This document shows positions 1 through 10,751 of a DNA stretch of 20,000 nt, piece after piece (within the stretch, counting starts at the first letter, position 1; every line of letters starts with the position of its first letter). A model generated the notes under the pieces. It ran no database searches. It was not told where the DNA came from and saw only the letters and a list, made by a program, of their open reading frames with translations. Position numbers and translations under genes: made by a program. Origin of the DNA: Chiloscyllium plagiosum (lineage: Eukaryota). The DNA is taken from NCBI RefSeq assembly GCF_004010195.1, contig NC_057749.1, positions 25,592,180-25,612,179 on the forward strand, in the 5' to 3' direction.

Positions 1-35
1 CACCTACAAACTGAAGTGGGGTGACCTCAAGCTTA

Positions 36-210
36 ATGTGGAGGCACTGATGTTGGACTGGAGTCAGCAAAGTCAGAAGTCACTTGACATCAGGGTTTAT
101 AGCTCAACTGATTTGAAAACAGCTGTCTTCTCTGCTTTCAGCATGCTGATCCTTTGTCAGGTGATTTCAAATAAACCTGTTGGACTATAACCTGGTGTCA
201 TGACTTCTGA
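36..210. mobile_element. Short inverted-repeat Penelope-type element (family A) with a 10-bp target-site duplication
   Basis: Arms agtcagaagtcac..gacatcagg (from 71) and aaataaacctgttggactataacctggtgtcatgacttctgact (to 212) are inverted. ctcaagctta is repeated at 26-35 and 211-220. Homologous to copies at about 5000-5404 and 13609-13737. Confidence 0.7.
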
Positions 211-540
211 CTCAAGCTTACCGACATCGGAGGAAATTCATTGTCAGCACCTTCTGGAAGATTTCCAAGTTTAAAGGGCACATACAGAAAATCCAGGAGT
301 TGAGTAGTGACAAGGGAATGTTAGCTACATTTGTCCCAAAAATCTAAATTCTAAAGCAAACTTTGTTTGCAGTTCAGAAATTACTACTAGCCCTCATTCT
401 TCCCAACACCTTATGTAGTCCAGAAGAAATACAGAATTACTATTTGGTGAATCATCTTGACATCATGAGGCAGATAAAGGAACTGCATGGTGCTCTAGCA
501 AGAGAGTTTGGCCCCAGCTAATGTGTTAAATCTTTAGCTT

Positions 541-664
541 CCTGAAGAAGGGCTTATGCCCGAAACGTCGATTCTCCTGTTCCTTGGATGCTGCCTGACC
601 TGCTGCGCTTTTCCAGCAACACATTCAGCTCTGATCTCCAGCATCTGCAGCCCTCACTTTCTCC
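541..664 (+). mobile_element. Short Penelope-type element (family B) carrying a minimal hammerhead ribozyme core, with a perfect 15-bp TSD
   Basis: ttaaatctttagctt occurs at 526-540 and 665-679. The insert begins cCTGAAGAa-GGGC-ttat-GCCC-GAAA-cGTC. A related copy lies on the minus strand at about 8631-8768. Confidence 0.8.
542..569 (+). ncRNA. Minimal type I hammerhead ribozyme motif (CUGAAGA / stem II GGGC-GCCC / GAAA / GUC)
   Basis: Both conserved core boxes, a 4-bp GC stem II and a GUC triplet are read directly from the sequence. Stem I pairing is only about 2 bp in this copy. Confidence 0.55.
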
Positions 665-930
665 TTAAATCTTTAGCTTGTCTAGCTAAGTTATGTCACC
701 CACTTCTGGATGACAGAGGGATGCAAGAGCTTTACTGTACAGAGTATTAGCTCCATGAAGGGTTAATGGAGGGCAATAGGGGAAGGAGGAGGACTCAGCC
801 ACCAACATGTACACATCTGACTTAAAAGTATTCAAGTGGGTGTGTTCCAAGCCAAAGCATTTGGAACAATTGCACCATGTCTGATTAAGAGTAAAAATGT
901 ACTTTTGCGGTGGAAGAATTGAAAACTCAC

Positions 931-1029
931 CTCAGGCAGTGGTATGTTACTTGCATTCTCACGCTCAACATCCCAGGCTTCAAATGTGAAACTCTTCTGA
1001 CAAGCTGCACAGAACCTGTATTTCCAGCA
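931..1029 (-). CDS. Internal coding exon (99 bp, phase 0 to 0), juxtamembrane and cytoplasmic tail; CWKYRFCAACQKSFTFEAWDVERENASNIPLPE
   Basis: Acceptor gttctcttgtgttgggtttag|TGCTGG and donor CCTGAG|gtgagt. Stop-free and in phase with the TM exon. Basic and Cys residues directly after the TM fit the positive-inside rule. Confidence 0.85.
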
Positions 1030-1417
1030 CTAAACCCAACACAAGAGAACACATTTCAATTTTATTTTAAGTGTAAAACAAGTAGGATTTGAAGCTAGTT
1101 AAAAAAAAAACAGCAACTCAATGCCATATTTAATCCTAATCATTGGATTCAAACCTGACCCCTCATCAACACCATGAAGTGGGCTTGACCTCAAAGCATT
1201 TTGGTGATAGATGTTTTGCACTGGAACACATTTACAGCAGTCTCCAGGTTGCAAACATGTTCCACTACAGAGTACATAAGTCACTTAACATGCAAATTAA
1301 CATACAGTATAATGTACTGTTCACAGATATAAGCAAATATTTACATTGAACCCTTGATATGGAATACACCAGTCAGGGACACCTGTATATTTAAACAGGA
1401 CATGTTCTATCCTTCAG

Positions 1418-1715
1418 TTTGAGTGATACAGCACAGAAACCAACCCATTGGTCCAACCCATCTATGTCAACCAGGTTTCCCCTAACTGAACATTTGTTTG
1501 CATTTGGTCCATATCCCTCAATTTTCCAATCTTTGTATCTGTCCAAATGCCTTTGGAACAGTGTACCCACCTGCACCTCCTCCTCCGGCAGCTCATTCCA
1601 CATATGCACTACTCTTGGGGGGTTACCCTTCAGATCTCAAACCTTTCCTTTTCATCTTAAACTTCTGCCCTCTAGTTTTGGATTCCCCTCCCCTGGGGAA
1701 GGTCTAGCCACCTGA
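1418..1715 (-). mobile_element. CR1-type LINE 3' end fragment
   Basis: Minus-strand translation WNELPEEEVQVGTLFQRHLDRY matches the CR1 ORF2 C-terminal motif (WNxLPxxVVxAxTxxxFKxxLD), followed by a CR1-type 3' UTR. Confidence 0.85.
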
Positions 1716-2702
1716 TCACATATCTAAATGGTTAAGAGTCGGTTAAGTTGGTGTGGAACCTTTGAAAGGTTCAAGTGTGCAATCACATCTCTGAACAGGT
1801 TGGCCTGAAACCATCTACCCTGCAAAGACTACAATTTTAAGTCAGGACTATTTTTGAATTAGAGGTTAAGGATAATTTAGGTGTTCTTCTGGATATTATC
1901 TGAAGGTGATTTCACAAACTCAGTCCTCCTTAACTGAAGAACAATTGTAGCACTCACCCTTGTGGGCAGATTACCCATTGCAGGAAGTTTTGGGTGACCA
2001 TATTCTAGCAATATGTTGCTGGTTTATATGAAAATGGAGTCTCAACAAGCATTCAGCTTTTTAGGCATTAAAGACTTTAGGACCACTTATGTCAGTTTAA
2101 AAAGTCAAGTCGGAGAGGGAGCAATGGGCAACTGGTTCCAAGCTGTAGAAAATACAGCTTGCATATGCATGCAACAATTTCACTGTTACAGCTGTGCTAG
2201 CACTAAGGATACCCCTATATTTGCCACTTGCAAGGAGCAACAGGTTCCACTTGTTTTTAAAATCAGAAATTAGCTGTTTACTTGGGAGTCAAGAAAACTC
2301 TGACACTGTCCATCTTACAATGGATGGTGTCTATATAACAACTGGCATTCAAATAAAGTCCCAGTCTTAACATACCATAGGGCTGCATGCAGAAAGATGA
2401 CTGGCAGTGGTCTAACCAGAGGCCACTATACCTTGTCAAGGGTGTTCAATATAATACCATGAAAGTTTATATCACCACACATTGGCACCATTCTCAATGG
2501 AGCTGGATTTTTTTCCAGCACTGTTCAGGGCTTCACCAGTCCACATCATGCCACCAGAGGTTTCAAAGGTTAGCTTATTGCAACCATGCTGCTTTTGAAG
2601 ACACTTTGTATGGACCCCAAAGCCACCTCTATCCATCCTTCTCCATTCCTCCCCCCACCCAGGTTCTGCATATGGTTTGTCTGGATCTGGGTTTACTTTC
2701 TG

Positions 2703-2803
2703 GAGGTCAAGGAGGGTTCTTCACAGTAACCTCAACCAGTTTAGGACTTAACACTGTTGGGATCACTCAAAACTGCAAACCAGCTGTCCAGCCAACTGAG
2801 CTA
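2703..2803 (-). mobile_element. tRNA-derived SINE 5' fragment
   Basis: Minus strand begins tagctcagttggctggacagctggtttgcag, a Pol III A-box-like tRNA head. The downstream part is degenerate and does not fold as a full cloverleaf. Confidence 0.5.
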
Positions 2804-2956
2804 AAATCAGACATCTTGGTCAAGATGCAATATCATCCTCAAAATTTAAAGTTAATGTGAACAAGATCTCATTTTACACATCACTGCACTGGATCTTATG
2901 TAGATGAATGAAGCACCACATTGGAATTCCATGTCAGTAACACTGCTTGCACTCAC

Positions 2957-3066
2957 AAGAAAAGCCAGGATTGGAAGGGAGACGATTGCCAGGCCACACA
3001 ACAGGATGATGGCAATTCCAAATCCTGGGAAGTGGATGCGTTTATACGGCCGATCTAGTCTTGCAC
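2957..3066 (-). CDS. Internal coding exon (110 bp, phase 1 to 0), stalk plus transmembrane helix; (G)ARLDRPYKRIHFPGFGIAIILLCGLAIVSLPILAFL
   Basis: Acceptor tttctttcctag|GTGCAAG and donor TTTCTT|gtgagt. Encodes a ~23-residue hydrophobic stretch. FPGFGIAII resembles MUC1 VPGWGIALL. Lies inside track ORF 2852..3085(-). Confidence 0.9.
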
Positions 3067-3594
3067 CTAGGAAAGAAATTTCCAAAAAACACCAGAAGTA
3101 AACTTAGATTTGCCAGCACTTCAGATTCAGTAATCAACAACATGGTGACAGAATTTGCTTGATGAGTCAGTTCTTCCAAGACAGTTCCTTGTAGCTGACA
3201 CTAGCCACAAAACAGAGGTGACTTAAAGAGCTTCCTCCTAAGACAGCTTTAGGTCAATATACATTGACTAGTCTGCACTGAAAGCCTTGCTAACACTTCC
3301 ACCTGCATTCACATTAGTTCCAGCTGTCAAAACTACCCACAACATTCTCATTTTATTCTTGAACACTAATTGATCTATCCTCTACTGAAAGTAGGAGTGA
3401 ACTCAAAATATAAATAGGACAAGGCAGCCACACATTTAGAGACTGAGAAAACCAAGGATTAAAGTAATCACATGGAGACCATTTTAAAAAGTAAAAGCAG
3501 CGAAGTGCATTTCTAGAGGAAGACAGTCAAAAAGCAGGGACATTAGTTAGACCAGACTACAACTGAACATTAGATCCAAAGGAAAGGGAGACAG

Positions 3595-3720
3595 ACAAGG
3601 CATTTGAAGGTTTACTGGAGTGATAAATCAGCATACCAGGATGATTCGACAGACCAGGTTACCTAGCCTGGAGAAAACCAGGACCTGTATGGTGATTTGA
3701 TGAAAGCCTACTCCAAGATT
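3595..3720 (+). mobile_element. Highly degenerate CR1 ORF2 fragment
   Basis: aaggtttactggagtgat...agcctggagaaaacc...ggtgatttgatgaaagccta resembles the CR1 segment SLExRRLRGDLIEVYK seen more clearly at 9650-9700. Confidence 0.4.
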
Positions 3721-4012
3721 CTGACAGAAGAGAAATAATTTGCTCTACTGTGGTCCTGCTAGCAAAGTCACTAAAATGAATCAAGAAGAAAATCAAGAAA
3801 ACATTGAAGCTTCCAACCAAGACAGAAGGAAGCGAGAGAGAGATAAATGGAGATGGTTACATTCAAGGTTCAAAGGACAGATCAAAAAGTATTGGCCTAC
3901 ATTTCCTCAAAGTACAAATATCTTTGCTAAGCCCCATAGTATAGAAAGATAACATTAGTGCATAGTGTGGCCAGGCTTAACAGCAATTTGAGGGGATATT
4001 TGAGATTAGATT

Positions 4013-4335
4013 GGGCAGCATGGTAACTATGATTACCACTTCTGCCTCAAAGCACCAGATTTATTCTAGCCTCTGGCGACTGTGGAATCTGCACATTTTC
4101 TCTCCCCTCCCCCCCCACGTCTGCATGATTTCCTCACACAGTCCAGAAGTGGGAGAGTTGGGAGGAGTGACCATGCTAAAATTGCCCATAGGGTCCAGAA
4201 TGGAGAGGCTAGGTGGATTAGCCATGGGAACATGGAGGTAGCAGGTTGTGGAGGGGGGCTGGGTAGGATGTTCTTTGGACAGTCAATGTGAACTCAATGG
4301 GTCAAATGGGCTCCTTGCAAACCATAGGGATTCTA
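4013..4335 (+). mobile_element. HE1/V-SINE-like shark SINE, near full length and degenerate
   Basis: Has a tRNA-like head gggcagcatgg...ctgcctca, a V-domain-like core (tgtggaatctgcacatt...tctgcatgatttcctc...ccatgctaaaattgccca) and a CR1-like tail ending ataggga ttcta. Confidence 0.7.
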
Positions 4336-4999
4336 AATCAATAAAACCAATTTCTACTCAAAAAGTTCCTACTGCATTTACAAAACAGAAGGCAGGATCA
4401 GCACAGTGCATTTTGAGATTAAACTTCATGGAGGGAAACAGGGGCAGTACATGCAGCCCATAGCACTTGTGTTAACTCTGGGGGGAAAGGGACAGGAGTT
4501 GCCCCACGGACTTGCCACTTGCCCCCTTTCCCAATTCTGGATATTGTTGAATCTACTCAAGGCACTGACAAAGGAATCCATTCCATATGGTGAGCTTTCA
4601 CCTCTGACTACAGTGGAAGGCCAATCTGTATTTGAGGTGCAGTATTAAAGTGATTGAAGGAGCCAATCAGCCCATTATGTCAGGTCTCTCCCTAAACAAG
4701 CATAATTTGGCATCAATTCCCCACTTTTCTTGCAACCCCTACATATGAATGGTTAAACCAAAATGTCTAAAGAGTCTCAACTTAACTTGCACTCACTACA
4801 TTTCCAGTGATAAAGTGCTTTATCTTGGTTAGGAAACCTTTTGTAAGAGTTAAACCACAACAGATTCAGCAAGGTAATACTAATTTAGAACAAAAACAAA
4901 TTTAGTGAGTTAAACATTGCAATGAAACTAGAGAACCAGATGAGGGCACTGTGACACCAAGTGAACAAAATGACAAAAAGCAGTAACATCTTAAAGTGA

Positions 5000-5404
5000 T
5001 GACAAGGAGCAGCTGGTGTTGAACTGGGTAGACAAAAATTTAAAAATCACACCAGGCTACAGTCCAACAGGTTTATTTGGAAGCATTAGCTTTCAGAGTG
5101 CCGCTCCTTCAGGTAGTGGAGTAGGACCGCAAGTTTATAGCAAAAGAACGATTAACAAACTTGATTGTTAATTTTTCATGTTTGAGTTATAGGTTTTGGT
5201 TCTGAACGTGTAAGGAGCTGAAATCTGTAACCCATTCTATAAGATGAGACTTAACCAAAGTTTGTTAAATATATGAAATTTTACTTGCATGACACTAATC
5301 TTTTGCTACAAATTCAGTTTATGGTCCTACTCCAGTCACCTGAAGCAGTGCTCCCAAATAAACCTGTTGGACTGTAACCTGGTGTTGCGATTTTAATCCT
5401 GAAC
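5000..5404. mobile_element. Inverted-repeat Penelope-type element (family A), about 400 bp, with a 10-bp TSD
   Basis: Perfect 23-bp inverted pair at 5058-5080 and 5354-5376, inner 12-bp pair at 5117-5128 and 5323-5334, and cttaaagtga at 4990-4999 and 5405-5414. Confidence 0.75.
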
Positions 5405-5817
5405 CTTAAAGTGAAAGAGTTTAGTTATACCAATAAAATGTCAAAAAAAAAAGCAGCTTGCTGTGTAGAGTTGGCCAGGAGTCCAACACCACCTGCAATT
5501 ACAGCATCTTTGGACAAGTCTAGAAGTTAAGCTTTTTCCATAGCATGTGCTAAGAGCAAATGTTGTCCCTGATCTTTGTAATGCCACCAGTCCAGATGCT
5601 CCAGGATATTGAATCCAACTCAATGAACATGCAAAGGAACAATCTGCTGTAATGTCAACCTCAGAACCTCTAAATAAATGGCCCTTGAACAGATTGCAAT
5701 ACAAAATAAGGCCGCTCATCCATGTCAGTAATAATAGTCAGATTTACTAGTTACTGAGGAGAACACTTGTTCTTTTACAAACAAGCCCATGACAGCACAC
5801 AGCTTTTAAACATCAAG

Positions 5818-6372
5818 TCAGTCATACAGCACTGAAACAGACCCTTTACTCCAAAGTGTAAACCCTAACTAAACTAGCCCCAACTGCTTGCTCCTGGCCC
5901 ATATCCCTGTCAATGTTTCCTGTTCATTTACTAATCCAACACATGTTTTAACATTCTACCTATATCCACATCCTCCACTTTCTCTGGAAGTTCATTCCAC
6001 ACAAGTCACTAAAAAAAAATTGCCCCATGTCTTTAAACTCTCTTCACCTTAAAATATGCAGCTTCATCTGAGAAAACCCCACTAGAGGGATCCTCACTAG
6101 AGGGAGACATTCACCTGCTCTATATCCCTCATGATTTCATAAAGCTCTAAGGTCACCTTTCAACTGTACCCACTCCTGTGAAAAGTCATCCCAGCCTCTA
6201 ACTCAAACCCTTCATTCCTGGCAACATCCTGGTAAATCTCTTGTGAACCCTCTCCAGCTTAATATCTTCTATAGCAGGACAACCATTACTGCACAGTACT
6301 CCAGAAAAGGCCTCCCCAGCATCCTGGCTGATCTCAACATGTCATCCCAACTCCTATCCAAGGTCAGAGCAA
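5818..6372 (-). mobile_element. CR1-type LINE 3' fragment
   Basis: Homologous to 1418-1715 and 15160-15485 (gtcatacagc..ggcccatatccct..ctccactt..ttcattccac). It extends into ORF2-derived sequence (ggcaacatcctggtaaatctc, ctgcacagtactcca). Confidence 0.8.
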
Positions 6373-7904
6373 TCTTGGAAAATAAGCACAGCTTGGACAT
6401 TGGAGTGTATTGAAAGAATATTGTAAAATCGTCAAATTAGAGGGGGGGGGGGGTGGGGAAGACCTGAATGGAGAACCTCTAAGAGCAGGATCAAAATGGT
6501 AGTGAACACAATCAACAGTATGACTCTACAACAGCTATACCTTCTGGAAGCTCAGTCAAATGCCCAGGGTAAAGTTTGCAACAAAAACAATTTCTGAAGA
6601 TGTACCATGTAATAAAAAAGGAGAATTCAGTTTTGTGATGGGGTGGGGTGGGGAGGGGTGCTAATTTCCAACAGGTAAGGCAGGCTAATTTGAGTGGTTG
6701 AAACTGGCTGAAAAAAGAAAGTGTAATTTTTTCCAACACTCTCTCAGTGTGGCTTTTGGAAGACAAAGACATGTATTCCCAGGATGTATGGCATCACTAA
6801 TGAGCCTGCTCAGTTTATCCATCTCTAAATAGATGAGTCTTGAGACCCTAGAGAGATTGGAGACAGTGTCTGCAGGAGACTGAATTTACAACATCCAGCA
6901 TTTTACAACATTCTCTGGATATAGAGCACATGCTTACAGATGGGCTTGGAGATGGTCTTGGTAACTAGCACATCCTCCTTTACATAGTAAAATGGAAGAG
7001 AGATGCCTGCTAGACTATTTGAGGAAAGCTTTGTCCAGGGTTGTGATAAGCAGTGCTAAAATTCTGAATGCCCATGTCCACCAAACCTTGGAAGCTGAGA
7101 CAATGGCCAAACGGCACACTTGCAATTAAGAGCTACTCAATTCTTATTGCAACCACCACTCTGATAGTTATTCAACTTGTACTGTTCAGTCCTTGCTGCC
7201 AGAGCTTGACCAATATTTAGCCCTCCTGGCTAGTTGTGGTCTTTTGCAGTCAGTCAAATGTTGGGGGAAAGCTTTGTACAAGTGAACATTCTTGAAGTTC
7301 AAAAGATTTTCCAAGGCAATTAAGGTTGCGCACTCAACTGGCCTATCCTGATTGAATGGAATGACAAAAACCCTATTTCTCTACTTAGAGCAATCTACTG
7401 AGCACAGGGATTGTTGCAACTGTTAACTTATTGTTTGCACTGCTTAAAGGAAAATGCAACAGTAAAAGGTTAATTGTGTTGCGCCTATGAGGATCAATTA
7501 AACTAAGGAGGTTAGTGTCAGTAAAAACAACTGATGCTGCTGCCAGGCAACCAACCAATGAGGAAGCAGCACATCTGCCTTTCCACCGATTTCAGAATCT
7601 ATGCTCAGACAAGTCATTCCCATGAGGAGATAGCATGCTGCTTCCCAAAAAAAATCAAGACAAGCAAAATAGCACAGGGATAAATGTGGCAACAGTACAC
7701 AGTGGTCCCCAGCTAGGTGTTACAGTACTGACTGATCAGGGCATGATTGGGTAGGTGACAAGTGACAAAAACTTAGTACTTATTTCCTTAGCATGGACTA
7801 CAATTAGTAACAAATTTTGAATTTGCAAGGCACATCAGGAATCAACATCTTGATTGATAAACCACATCTCTAGATCAATCAAGATAAATGGCTTAGCAAT
7901 TCTT

Positions 7905-8012
7905 AGACCATAAGACACAGAAGTTAGATCATTCAGGCCATCACATCTGCTCCACCATTCAATGGCTGATACGTTCCTCAATCCCATTCTCCTTTCTCCC
8001 TGCAATCCTTGA
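7905..8012 (-). mobile_element. CR1-type LINE 3' UTR fragment
   Basis: agaccataagac..cattcaggcc..ctgctccaccattcaatggctgat..cccattctcc is the reverse complement of a typical CR1 tail. Confidence 0.55.
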
Positions 8013-8169
8013 TAATGGTGGTTGCAACATGGACAAAGAACCCAGAACCATAGACTAGTATCTCAGACATGGGTTTGAATCCCATGGGAAGTTAGATTTA
8101 AATTTTTAAAAAGTGGACCAAATGACTAATGCAGTTGCATGCACAGTTTCTAGTAATAGTAATTCAGAA

Positions 8170-8492
8170 GGGGTGTTGGCCTGATATGGTCACTAGACTA
8201 TTAATACAGAGGCTGAGGGAGTGTTCTGGGGACTGGCACAGGCAGATGGTGGAATTTGGATTCAATAAAACCTGGAATTAGACTTCAAATGATAACTGAA
8301 ATGGTAGTTGGTGAAAAGCCTACCAGGTTCATTAATTTCCTTCAGGGAAGGAAATTGCCATCCATATCTGGTCTGATCTACATGTGACACCAAACCCACA
8401 GCAATGTGGCTGACTCAAATGCCCTCTGGCCAGGTAGGGACAGGCAATAAGTGCTAGCCTGGCCAGCAATGCCCACATTGAGAATAAAAAAG
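8170..8492 (+). mobile_element. Deu-domain SINE (SacSINE1/AmnSINE1-like)
   Basis: Core ccttcagggaaggaaattgccatcc..tggtctg..ctacatgtgacacca.acccacagcaatgtggctgactc, then a tail ggcaataagtgct..cctggccagcaatgcccacat and an A-rich end. Confidence 0.7.
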
Positions 8493-8630
8493 TTAAGATA
8501 GCCCCTTAAGACAGCACTTCTCAAAACCATGTAGAGACACAAGAGGCTGGGCTAAAGGATAGCCATAGTATGATCACAGTAGGTTGAGGAAAGTGAAGGG
8601 AGAAGGGTTGACTGGGAGTCTTTCAGGTAG

Positions 8631-8768
8631 GTAAAAACAATGACTGCAGATGCTGGAAACCAGATTCTGGATTAGTGATGCTGGAAGAGCACAGCAGTTC
8701 AGGCAGCATCCAAAGAGCAGTGAAAAAAAAAAATCAACATTTCGGGCAAGAGCCCTTCATCAGGAATA
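8631..8768 (-). mobile_element. Penelope-type short element (family B) with a hammerhead core
   Basis: Reverse-complement homolog of 541-664 (ctgcagatgctgga..ctggaagagcacagcag..aggcagcatcc). Minus strand 8736-8763 reads CTGATGAa-GGGC-tctt-GCCC-GAAA-tGTT. Confidence 0.75.
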
Positions 8769-9417
8769 AATAATGCCATCCAGTTAGATTTGGAACTAGA
8801 GAGTGACAAGTCAGCACATCCCATAGACAGTAATGTTGCCATGTTACTAAATCAATACAATCTAAAGAGGGAGCTGTCCTTTTAAAACCCAGAACAGGAG
8901 ATTTTCCTCAAATTGGCATCTGCAACATTTCAAACAAAGTTGCTGCTAAATCAAGGTGAATGTAATGGAGATGAATTCGAGGCTGCATGCATCAGAACTC
9001 CTGACTTTTTCAAGTCAGGGGGCAGGGAATGAGCAACTGGTCACTTATCAGCTCAGGCAGAATGGCACAAATTAATGGCTGCAGGTTGGAAAGGAACAGG
9101 ATTAAAAACTGTATTGTAAGGTTACATTACAAGATGTCATGAACTAGATAGCAGACAGCCTGCAGAGTTTTGCCTCATCTGTGACTTGGTCCTTATCAAG
9201 GGAAAAAAAAGGAGGAAATTGTGGTAAAAAAGTAATTTTGCAGAGAGAAAGGAAACTTCAAAGGGACAGTTGTGCAGGCAAGGAAAGATCTGCAGCAAAT
9301 CGGAGACCCCACAAATTACTTCAAGTGGATAGCAAACAAACATACTGAATGGTCATGACTAGCAGTGTGAATCTAACTCTAAACCAATGTCCAAAAATTA
9401 AATAGAGCAAGGAGAAA

Positions 9418-10165
9418 GGATAGTGAAGTGGCATTTAGTATGCTTACCATTATTGGTCAGTGCATCGAGTATACGAGTAGTGAAGTCATATAGCCATACA
9501 GGACATTGGTTAGACCACTTTTGGAATATTGTGCAATTCTGGTCCCCCTGCTACAGGAAGGATGTTATGAAATGTTAAAGGCCTCAAAAGTTGTTACAAG
9601 GGTTTGAGGTTGAGCTATAGGTAGAGGCTGAATAGACTGGCGCTGCTTTCTCTGGAGTGTCAGAGGCTGAGGGGTGACCTTATAGGAGGCTTATAAAATC
9701 TGAGCGGCAGGTGCAGGGTGAATAGACAAGGTCTCTTCCGAGGTGGGTGGGGGGTGTCCAAAACTAGAGGGACAAGAGGTAAGCAGAGATTTAAAAAAGG
9801 GCTTTCTCTGGAGTGTCAGAGGCTGAGGGGTGACCTTATAGGAGGCTTATAAAATCTGAGCGGCAGGTGCAGGGTGAATAGACAAAGTCTCTTCCGAGGT
9901 GGGTGGGGGTGTCCAAAACTAGAGGGACAAGAGGTAAGCGGAGATTTAAAAAAAGGAATTGAAGGGGCATGCAGAGAGTGGTGTGTATGGAAATGCTAGA
10001 GGAAACGAGGCTGGTACAACTACAACAGTTAAAAACCAATCCAGATGGCTATAGGAATAGAAAGGGTTGGGGGGAGATGTGGGCCAAAAGCTAGCAAATG
10101 GGACAAGATGTCTGGTCAGAATGGACAAGTTGGACCAAAGGGTGTGTTTCCATGCTGTACACATG
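9418..10165 (+). mobile_element. CR1-type LINE 3' region (RT C-terminus and 3' UTR), degenerate, with an internal tandem duplication
   Basis: catacaggacattggttagaccacttttggaatattgtgcaattctggtcccc encodes YRTLVRPLLEYC-x-QFWSP-like sequence. Also contains RLRGDL and the tail ggaccaaagggtgtgtttccatgctgta. Confidence 0.85.
9645..9956 (+). repeat. Direct tandem duplication, 2 x ~156 bp (9645-9800 and 9801-9956)
   Basis: Both copies start gctttctctggagtgtcagaggctgagggg. They differ by two substitutions and three single-base homopolymer-length changes. Confidence 0.95.
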
Positions 10166-10751
10166 ACTAGCAGGCAAGAGACATTTTAATCCCATGGAGT
10201 TTGCAACTGAACAAATTGAGTCATTGCCAAAAATCCAAAGATGGATGCTGGACTAAGTTATAGCCCTCTGCAGCTGACATCCCATGTTCTGCATAATTAG
10301 AAATTCCACATTTCCTTCAAATTCCTGGAAAATGCTGTCAGGAAAGAAAGATTGTGTAGAGCTGCAATACTGTCTGAAACAGTTGTTCTTCTTTGCAGTC
10401 CAAGAACCAGAGGCTTCCCAGCTAAAATAGTTGAGTACACTGAGGTAACAGCGAGACTAGGAGTTTAAAGATAGCAATTTAAAAGCTGAGACACCAAAAC
10501 AGTGTTGAGGTAATGTCTAAAATCATACAAGACAACCATTAACTGCTCAGGGTACGTACTGGCTCCAAAGTGGAACAAATAAAATCTGAAGACAACACAT
10601 TAGAAACCCCAGATGGCAATTCAAGACTTATGGGAATTGCTTTATAGAAAACTTTCCATCATCTTAAAGGGAGTGGCAGTCAATTGAACTAGAGTTGCCA
10701 ATTGAGCACAATTCTCAGATGCAAGGAGACTTCGTAACCTTTCATAGTATA

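Noticed and set aside
2703..2803. tRNA gene
   Set aside because: Only the A-box and D-arm-like head are visible. There is no intact T-arm or acceptor stem, so it is SINE-derived.
2387..2860. 157-aa plus-strand ORF
   Set aside because: No recognisable domain, overlaps a SINE remnant and is antisense within an intron.
2852..3085. 77-aa minus-strand ORF as a stand-alone small membrane protein
   Set aside because: Only 2957-3066 is bounded by splice sites. The rest is intronic read-through and the start codon is not ATG.
7530..7580. CCAAT-containing promoter or enhancer-like stretch
   Set aside because: Short motifs of this kind occur by chance, and there is no CpG island or other support.
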